This document shows positions 44,887 to 51,049 of a DNA stretch of 51,049 nt, in pieces. Source of the DNA: a virus (Duplodnaviria; Caudoviricetes); the IMG/VR virus record IMGVR_UViG_3300021066_000002, positions 1 to 51,049 of that record, one strand, 5' to 3'. Both the position numbers and the translations under genes were made by a program. The notes under the pieces are model-generated. The model saw only the letters and a program-made list of their open reading frames with translations, searched no databases and was not told where the DNA came from. How positions within the stretch are numbered: position 1 is the stretch's first letter; each line of letters begins with the position of its first letter.

Positions 44887-46058
44887 TGGCCCGCGCCGAA
44901 TACACCGAGGACTTCATCCGCCGCGCTGTGGCGCTCGCGAAGAAGACCGACCAGGTCAAAGCCGCCAAGACGCTCGGCATCCCCCGCGGGACGCTGCAGA
45001 ACTGGTGCCAGCGCGTCGAGGGCACGGGCTCTCGCCCGCCTATCGAGCCGGCCGGCGAGACCGACAAGACGCTCCTCAAGCTGCGCAAGGGCCGCGTGCC
45101 CATCGCCGAGATCCGCGACCACGTCGCCGAGCTCCTGTCGCGCGGCATGAACATCCAGGTTCGGGACGGCTTCGCCTGGGTCGAGAAGGACATGCAGCCG
45201 ACCTACATAGAGGGCGCGACCTTCGAGTACGTCAGCCGCCCCGACAACACCTTCCTGTTCGGCGCGACCAGCGACAACCACCTGGGCTCGAAGTACGAGC
45301 GGCTCGACGTTCTGAATGATCTCTACGACGAGTTCGCCAAGGCCGGCGTCGACCGCGTGTTCAACGCCGGCAACTGGATCGACGGCGAGGCGCGCTTCAA
45401 CAAGCACGACCTGAACGTCCACGGCATGGACGCGCAGTGCCGCTATCTGGCGAAGCACTACCCGGCTCGCGCCGGGCTGGAGACCTTCGCCGTCGCCGGC
45501 GACGACCACGAAGGCTGGTACGGCCAGCGCGAGGGCGTCGACATCGGCCGCTATGCCGAAGGCACCATGCGGGACGCCGGGCGAACCGACTGGCACAACC
45601 TCGGCTACATGGAGGCGCACATCCGCCTGGTAAACGCGAACACCGGGAAGTCCTCCATCCTGGCCGTAGTCCACCCGGGCGGTGGCAGCGCCTACGCGCT
45701 GAGCTACGCGATCCAGAAGATCATCGAGAGCCTGGACGGCGGCGAGAAGCCGGCGGTCGGCCTCTACGGGCACTACCACAAGCTCTGGGCCGGCAACATC
45801 CGGAACGTCTGGTGCGTGCAGACCGGCTGCACCGAAGACCAAACGCCGTTCATGCGCAAGAAGCGGCTCGAGGCGCACGTCGGCGGTGCGATCGTCAAGC
45901 TGATCCAGGATCCGGAAACCGGCGCGATCACCGGCTGCGCGCCGGATATGCGCCGCTACTTCAACCGCGGCTACTACAACGGCCGCTGGAGCCACTCCGG
46001 CCCGGTCACGCTGCCGAAGCGCACGATCGCGGTCCCGGCCAAGAAGCGGGGGCGGTGA
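44886..46058 (+). CDS. Calcineurin-like metallophosphoesterase with N-terminal HTH
   Basis: SDNHLGS, AGNWIDG, GDDHE, VHPG, GHYH; AAKTLGIPRGTLQNW HTH. Confidence 0.82.
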   Translation: MARAEYTEDFIRRAVALAKKTDQVKAAKTLGIPRGTLQNWCQRVEGTGSRPPIEPAGETDKTLLKLRKGRVPIAEIRDHVAELLSRGMNIQVRDGFAWVEKDMQPTYIEGATFEYVSRPDNTFLFGATSDNHLGSKYERLDVLNDLYDEFAKAGVDRVFNAGNWIDGEARFNKHDLNVHGMDAQCRYLAKHYPARAGLETFAVAGDDHEGWYGQREGVDIGRYAEGTMRDAGRTDWHNLGYMEAHIRLVNANTGKSSILAVVHPGGGSAYALSYAIQKIIESLDGGEKPAVGLYGHYHKLWAGNIRNVWCVQTGCTEDQTPFMRKKRLEAHVGGAIVKLIQDPETGAITGCAPDMRRYFNRGYYNGRWSHSGPVTLPKRTIAVPAKKRGR

Positions 46059-46693
46059 TGGGATCGCCTTTTCCTCAAGACCTGGACCCGGATGGCGCCG
46101 ATCGTCGGGACCGAAGCCGCATCAAGGTCCATACGCTGACTTGCGCCACGCGCGCCGGTTGGTCGTGCACCTGCAAAGGCGAGCCGCTCGCGAACCGCCT
46201 CACCACGAAGGACACGAACCCCAAGGACGCAGTCGGCGTGCGCAAGGCGCCCATGTCGACCGTCCCGATGGGCGTGGTCTTCGAGATCGGCCTAGCGATG
46301 ATCGAGGGCGGCCGGAAGTACGGCCGGCACAACTACCGCGTCGCCGGTGTGCTCGCCTCGGTCTACTACGACGCTGCCATGCGGCACCTGGCGTCGTGGT
46401 GGGAAGGCGAGGACATCGACCCGGACAGCGGGCTCAGCCACGTCACCAAGGCGCTGTCGAGCCTCACCGTCCTCCGGGACGCGATGATGAACGCCAAATT
46501 GACCGACGACCGCCCGCCGCGCTTGCCGGAAGGCTGGCTCGCCGAGCGCAACGCCGAGGCCGGGCGGATTATCGATAAGCACCCGAACGCGCCGGCACCG
46601 TACACGGCGGCCAGCGACGAGAGCCGCATTCTCTGTCAGGAGATCGCCCGCGGCTTCTCCGACGACCCGCCCGAGCCGGATCCGCAGCCATGA
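46058..46693 (+). CDS. dATP/dGTP diphosphohydrolase domain protein (DUF5664)
   Basis: NPKDAVG..K, G..KYG..NYR, YYDAAMRHL..WWEGED.DPDSGLSH. Confidence 0.82.
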   Translation: MGSPFPQDLDPDGADRRDRSRIKVHTLTCATRAGWSCTCKGEPLANRLTTKDTNPKDAVGVRKAPMSTVPMGVVFEIGLAMIEGGRKYGRHNYRVAGVLASVYYDAAMRHLASWWEGEDIDPDSGLSHVTKALSSLTVLRDAMMNAKLTDDRPPRLPEGWLAERNAEAGRIIDKHPNAPAPYTAASDESRILCQEIARGFSDDPPEPDPQP

Positions 46694-47334
46694 CCGCCGA
46701 GCACGAATTCAACCCGCGGCAGCTCGCCAAGATCATGCCACGCGCTGACGTCGGTCACTGGTTCCTTTGGCTCCGCAACGCCATGGAGTTCGGCAAGATC
46801 GACACGCCGGCGCGCCGCGCCGCATTCCTGGCGCAGATCGCCCACGAGAGCGGCCAGCTCACGCGCGTCGAGGAGAACCTCAACTACAGCGCGAAGCGGC
46901 TGCGCCAGGTGTTCGAGAGGTATTTTTCCGACGACCACATCGCCGAGACCTACGCGGGCAAGCCAGAGCTGATCGCCAATCGCGTCTACGCGAACCGGCT
47001 GGGCAACGGCAACGAGGCGAGCGGCGACGGCTGGAAGTACCGCGGCCGTGGGCTGATCCAGCTCACCGGCCGGGACAACTACTTCCTGTGCAGCGCCGTC
47101 CTCAAGCCGAAGATCGACATCGTCGAGAGGCCGGAGACGGTCGCCGAGCCAGGCATGGCCGCCGCGAGCGCCGTCTGGTTCTGGAACCGGAAGGGGCTGA
47201 GCGCCAAGGCCGACGAAGGCACCAAGGCTGCCTTCGAGTGGATCACGCTGCGGATCAACGGCGGCCTCAACGGCCTCGATGACCGCCTCGCCTATTGGGC
47301 GCGCGCCAAGGAAGTGCTGGAGGTATCGCAATGA
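46690..47334 (+). CDS. Endolysin, glycoside hydrolase family 19
   Basis: AAFLAQIAHES, ENLNYS, YRGRGLIQLTGRDNY, INGGLNGLDDR. Confidence 0.92.
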   Translation: MTAEHEFNPRQLAKIMPRADVGHWFLWLRNAMEFGKIDTPARRAAFLAQIAHESGQLTRVEENLNYSAKRLRQVFERYFSDDHIAETYAGKPELIANRVYANRLGNGNEASGDGWKYRGRGLIQLTGRDNYFLCSAVLKPKIDIVERPETVAEPGMAAASAVWFWNRKGLSAKADEGTKAAFEWITLRINGGLNGLDDRLAYWARAKEVLEVSQ

Positions 47335-47897
47335 CCGCTCTGTTGAACCTACCGGAGTTCCGTTCCCACAAGGTCGTGCGGGCGGCGAAGATCCGCGCCG
47401 CCGAGTTCGCCGAAGATGGCAGCGGCAAGGTAATGATCGACGGCTCCGAGGAGCCGGTCGCCGTCCCTCCCGGCTTCCTGCGGCCCGGGCACCACGTCGT
47501 CGAGGGCGACTACTTCATCGCCTATCGGGACGGCTACGTCTCCTGGTCGCCGGCCAGCGAGTTCGAGGCCGGCTACATACCGAATGAGCCTGGCCCGGTG
47601 ATCGCGATCGTTGAGCCCAAGGAAACCGCTCCGCTCCTGATGAGCAAGGCGAACCCCGAGGGCTGGAAGCTCGAGGAGCTCCTGGACAAGGCGGCGCTCG
47701 AGATCGAGACCCTCAAGACGCCGCTCATTCGGGACGACCCGCGCGCGGCCGCGAAGACCGTCGTGCACAACAACGGCCGCATCATAGCGCTACTCAATGA
47801 GGCGGCGCGCCTGCAGCGCGACAGCTACCGCGTGCTCGCCACCATCGGCCCGAACGAGGGTCCGCTGGGCAAGCCGCGGATCGGCAAGGGGAGCTGA
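47331..47897 (+). CDS. Two-domain hypothetical protein
   Basis: N-domain GDYFIAYRDGYVSWSP..FEAGY; C-domain LMSKANPEGWKLEELL. Confidence 0.7.
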   Translation: MTALLNLPEFRSHKVVRAAKIRAAEFAEDGSGKVMIDGSEEPVAVPPGFLRPGHHVVEGDYFIAYRDGYVSWSPASEFEAGYIPNEPGPVIAIVEPKETAPLLMSKANPEGWKLEELLDKAALEIETLKTPLIRDDPRAAAKTVVHNNGRIIALLNEAARLQRDSYRVLATIGPNEGPLGKPRIGKGS

Positions 47898-47900
47898 GCC

Positions 47901-48449
47901 GTGGACTTCGAGAAGCTGCTCAAGGGCGCCGCGCAGGGCGCCATGTCGATCATGCCGACGGTCGCGACCGCCCTGGGCGGCCCGTTTGCCGGCATGGCCG
48001 TGAGCTGGATCGGCAAGACGCTTCTCGGCGACGAAGCTGCGGCGCCAGGCGACGTTGCGCAGGCGGTCCAGCAGGCTCTCATGACCCCAGACGGCGCGGC
48101 GCGCCTCCGGGAGATCGACACGGCGTTCCAGCTCAAATGCCGGGAGATGGAGATCGACCTGGAGAAGGTCCATGCCGCGGATCGCGACAGCGCGCGCAAG
48201 CGCGAGGCGACGACCGGCGATAGCTGGACGCCGCGGCTCCTCGCCGGCCTGACCACCGCCGGGTTCTTCGGCCTGATCGGCGTCATGTGCTTCGTCAAGG
48301 TGCCGATCGAAAACCGCGACGCGATCATGCTGGCGATCGGCGCTCTCGGCGCCGGCTGGTCGGCGATCCTCCAGTACTACTTCGGCAGCTCGCGCGGCTC
48401 CGCCGCCAAGGACCAGATCCTCGGCCGCATGAACCTGGGCGGCCGGTGA
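47901..48449 (+). CDS. Holin (3TM-type)
   Basis: ADRDSARKRE, hydrophobic helices, YYFGSSRGS. Confidence 0.75.
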   Translation: MDFEKLLKGAAQGAMSIMPTVATALGGPFAGMAVSWIGKTLLGDEAAAPGDVAQAVQQALMTPDGAARLREIDTAFQLKCREMEIDLEKVHAADRDSARKREATTGDSWTPRLLAGLTTAGFFGLIGVMCFVKVPIENRDAIMLAIGALGAGWSAILQYYFGSSRGSAAKDQILGRMNLGGR

Positions 48450-48647
48450 TGCACAGCAGACCAATCGCATTTGGCGTCGGCCTGTGCATCGTCGCTGGCT
48501 ACGCCCTGATGCTGTGGCTTCTGTGACCCTTATCGACTGGCTGCTGTTCTGGCGCTGCTGCTGGGAGATCCCGGCGGCGCTCGCCGGCGCATCCGTCCCG
48601 AATACCCGTGCGGCCGGGCACCGCCGCAGCAAGAGGAGAGCACCCCA

Positions 48648-49022
48648 ATGAACGGACGCTTTGCAGGCGGCATGCGTGAGGACATGGTGGCGAAGACTGC
48701 CGCCTATGATCGGGCCCAGTTGTCGGAGGCGCGTGGCGCGGAAACGACCAGCATGAACGATTACGCCGTTGCTCCGGCGCGGCAGGGCGACAGCGCGCTC
48801 TTTCAGCTCGTCGAGAACTACCAGTGGCTCACCGGGCTCAAGCACCGGCTTGAGGCGCTAGAGCACCGCGTATGCGGTAGCGCTCCAGCCAACGCGGACA
48901 AGGAGGGCGACCTGCCATCCGGCATGCCGCTCGTGCAGAAGATCGCCCAGGTCGGATCGGCTCAGCAGCACCGCATCGCAGAGTGCCAGGCGATCGTCGA
49001 GCGGATCGAGCAGTTCGTCTAG
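48648..49022 (+). CDS. Hypothetical protein
   Basis: AGGAG RBS before ATG48648. Confidence 0.65.
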   Translation: MNGRFAGGMREDMVAKTAAYDRAQLSEARGAETTSMNDYAVAPARQGDSALFQLVENYQWLTGLKHRLEALEHRVCGSAPANADKEGDLPSGMPLVQKIAQVGSAQQHRIAECQAIVERIEQFV

Positions 49023-49079
49023 GGTTCCGCCCGGATAACGCCCGGGTCACGCCTCGTTCCGGCGTGTCGGCTATTGTAG

Positions 49080-49114
49080 ACAGCCCGCCAAGTCGTTGAC
49101 CTGGCGGGCTGTTC
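49080..49114. terminator. Terminator between the convergent late operon and integrase
   Basis: ACAGCCCGCCA-N11-TGGCGGGCTGT 11-bp stem. Confidence 0.65.
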
Positions 49115-49155
49115 TGCGTCTATATGCGGCCATGTCCCAAATACAGCTTCAATCT

Positions 49156-49174
49156 TTCCATGACTAGTATGGAA
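49156..49174. other. Candidate attP core
   Basis: TTCCAT-GACTAGT-ATGGAA: inverted arms with a 7-bp spacer in the AT-rich gap next to the 3' end of int. Confidence 0.4.
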
Positions 49175-49210
49175 TTGTCGGCCAACACTCTACAGCGATT
49201 TCTTTGGGGT

Positions 49211-50314
49211 TTACGCCGCTTTGTCGGTCGTTGTAGGTCGCGACCTACGCTCGACTTGCGCGTTACGCCCGGCTAAACGCCCACCTTCCGCCGTCGCACT
49301 GGCGGCCTCGCGCAGATCGTCAGCCGAATGGTGTCCATAGACGCGCTCGACGGTGGCGACGCTGTCGCCGAGCATCTTGGCGACGTCCCAGATGTTCTGA
49401 CCTTCCTGCAGGGCCCAAGTCGCCCAGGTGTGGCGCAGCGTGTGTGGCGTCACCTTCTGTGGTCCCTCGCCCGGTAGCCCGGCGCGCTTTCGCACCTTGG
49501 CGAACGCCCTGTCGATCTTCGACGGGTTGTCGAGCACCCATTCGGACGTCCGCTCCAGGTAGGCGGTCTGGAGCATCGCGAACAAGTCGTCGGTCATCGG
49601 CACGCTGGCGCGGCGCTTCTTGGTCTGCCGGCGCCCGGCCGGGTTGTAGTGGATCTTGCGGACAGCGAAGTCGACTTGCCCGGTGTCCCAGCGCAGCGTC
49701 TCGATCGCGCTCTCCCGCGCGGCCGTGCGGAGCGCCAGCAGACAGAAGCGGTAGGTTCGGGACAGCCGATCGCCGTTGTCGGCGGCCGCCTCAGCGAGCA
49801 GTCTGGCCGCCTCCTCACGCGTCAGCCACCGGTCGCGCGCCGGCGGGGGCTCCGGGAGCTCGATCAGCGGCAGGGCGTCGGCGCTCATGCGCTTGTGCTT
49901 AGCGCAGAAGTTGAACGCCGCCTGCAAGAGAGCCAGGTGTCGCCGGATCGTACCAGGGGCGCCGCCGTGCTTCCGGCCGTAGTCGGCGAAGTCGGTTGCC
50001 ACCAGGTCCGGCACGATCCGGTCACCCAGGATCGCGCACAGCATCTTGCCGACGCCCTTAGCCCCGGCCGCATCGATGACCTTCACGTCGACATGCTCGC
50101 GCTCGTAGAACGCCCACGCCTCCCGCACCGTGAGTGCCGCCTGGCCGGTGCCGGCGGCTTTGCCGTCGAGCCAGCCGACTAGGAACTGCGCTGCCTCGCC
50201 CATGTCGCGCGTCCCCGTAGATACGCGCTTGGAGCGCCCGCGCTCGGTCCACCGGATCTCGTAATAGCCGTGATCGTTGGGCTCGAGCCTGTGGCCGCGG
50301 TTGGGGCGGGGCAT
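49211..50314 (-). CDS. int: Tyrosine integrase
   Basis: Catalytic R (TAARES), HTLRH, LGDS...VYGH; N-terminal arm-binding-like YYEIRW...RVSTGT. Confidence 0.93.
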   Translation of the reverse strand: MPRPNRGHRLEPNDHGYYEIRWTERGRSKRVSTGTRDMGEAAQFLVGWLDGKAAGTGQAALTVREAWAFYEREHVDVKVIDAAGAKGVGKMLCAILGDRIVPDLVATDFADYGRKHGGAPGTIRRHLALLQAAFNFCAKHKRMSADALPLIELPEPPPARDRWLTREEAARLLAEAAADNGDRLSRTYRFCLLALRTAARESAIETLRWDTGQVDFAVRKIHYNPAGRRQTKKRRASVPMTDDLFAMLQTAYLERTSEWVLDNPSKIDRAFAKVRKRAGLPGEGPQKVTPHTLRHTWATWALQEGQNIWDVAKMLGDSVATVERVYGHHSADDLREAASATAEGGRLAGRNAQVERRSRPTTTDKAA

Positions 50315-50493
50315 GTCTTCGTCCTCTCGATGTAGGCGCGAACGTCGGACCACAGGAACACTGGCGGCCGACCGCCCAGCGCCGGTATCGCGCCGTCCCG
50401 CCGCAGCCGGTAGAGCTGCGCTTTGCTCTTGCGGAGCACGGCCGCGAGCTCGTCGAGTGTCAGCGTGTGGTCGCCGTCAGGGGTAGGCGTCAC
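50179..50493 (-). CDS. xis: Excisionase-like HTH protein
   Basis: LTLDELAAVLRKSKAQLYRLRRDGAIP; directly upstream of and overlapping int. Confidence 0.75.
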   Translation of the reverse strand: MTPTPDGDHTLTLDELAAVLRKSKAQLYRLRRDGAIPALGGRPPVFLWSDVRAYIERTKTCPAPTAATGSSPTITAITRSGGPSAGAPSAYLRGRATWARQRSS

Positions 50494-50915
50494 TGCTCAG
50501 CGGGCGGATTGAGCGCCGCGAAGACGGCGGCTGCCTGCTGGATCGTCACCAGGCGGTTGACGCGGAGCCAAACCTTGTCTGGGTGCCCGGCTGCCTGCCT
50601 CATCTCGAACGCCGGAGCCTCGCTGTCGATCGCGCGCATGACGGCGTTCGGCAACAGGTCGAGCGGCTTCATGTCGAGGGCGTCGGCGAGCTTTTTGAGC
50701 GACTTCGGATCCGGGAAACTGCGGCCGCGGACATAGGTGGAGATCGCGTCACGTCCGAGATCGGCCTGGCGCGCGAACTCGCTCTGGTTCCAGTTGCGCT
50801 CCAGCATGAGCGCGTGGAGCCTTCGGCCGAACTCCTGCTTGGACAACGCGTTGGGCTCGAAATTGTCGGGGACTGCCGCGGTCGGCGGCAGTGAATGACG
50901 TGTCTTAGGGGCCAT
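50490..50915 (-). CDS. XRE-family phage repressor
   Basis: FGRRL..LM.ERNWNQSEFARQADLGRDAISTYVRGRSFP HTH; GAGG RBS. Confidence 0.88.
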   Translation of the reverse strand: MAPKTRHSLPPTAAVPDNFEPNALSKQEFGRRLHALMLERNWNQSEFARQADLGRDAISTYVRGRSFPDPKSLKKLADALDMKPLDLLPNAVMRAIDSEAPAFEMRQAAGHPDKVWLRVNRLVTIQQAAAVFAALNPPAEQ

Positions 50916-50922
50916 GGGGTGC

Positions 50923-51049
50923 CGTCCTCTCTCCTGATTGACTGTGCGCGGCTCTGTCGGCCGCGGCAAGGCGACATAACCGCCTATGCCCAACAGCGTA
51001 ATCACAGCGCACAGAATTGTGAAGGGGTTCCAAAGAAAAAATTTGCATC
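50923..51049 (+). repeat. Terminal direct repeat copy 2 (probable assembly overlap)
   Basis: Identical to 1-127. Confidence 0.9.

Larger units (their letters stand above)
1..51049. mobile_element. Complete temperate podovirus-like phage genome (circular assembly), probable alphaproteobacterial host
   Basis: Terminase, portal, capsid, tail/ejection, lysis, integrase, repressor and replication genes are all present; no host housekeeping genes; the ends overlap. Confidence 0.93.

Noticed and set aside
10479-46693. 2-aminoadenine (Z-genome) pathway suggested by the HD hydrolase and DUF5664
   Set aside because: No PurZ-like synthetase and no phage DNA polymerase; the two genes are unlinked
50923-51049. 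127-bp terminal repeat as a biological DTR
   Set aside because: The length equals a common assembler k-mer and it falls in the repressor promoter region; best explained as circular overlap

Overview
A complete, circularly assembled temperate phage genome of about 50.9 kb. Positions 1-127 are duplicated at 50923-51049, most likely as assembly overlap. It is GC-rich, and its gene families point to an alphaproteobacterial host. Morphology is podovirus-like: terminase, portal, scaffold, major capsid, adaptor and nozzle tail proteins, ejection proteins, and no tape measure. Modules are: a lysogeny switch across the contig junction (XRE repressor-xis-integrase leftward, back-to-back sigma70 promoters, candidate attP); a rightward recombination/replication arm (Sak4-like ATPase, SSB-like protein, SF2 helicase, Cas4-like nuclease, HD hydrolase, primase, RepA-like helicase, candidate origin, RusA); a leftward accessory arm (Lar-like protein, DNA methyltransferase, MoxR AAA+ and partner); morphogenesis genes with an atypical tRNA-Met; and nucleotide hydrolases plus lysis genes. 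The most notable observations are: (1) a genome-wide, transcription-oriented 21-bp operator at gene junctions (stoperator-like), whose half-site also forms 10-bp phased arrays over the lytic promoter and around attP; (2) an eight-gene cassette of apparent virion-appendage genes with its own promoter, inserted inside the replication module; (3) a primase/helicase apparently split by a small ORF; (4) a duplicated GNRA-hairpin leader before the portal and scaffold genes; (5) a candidate structured RNA after terS. All product calls come from motif recognition by eye; no searches were run.
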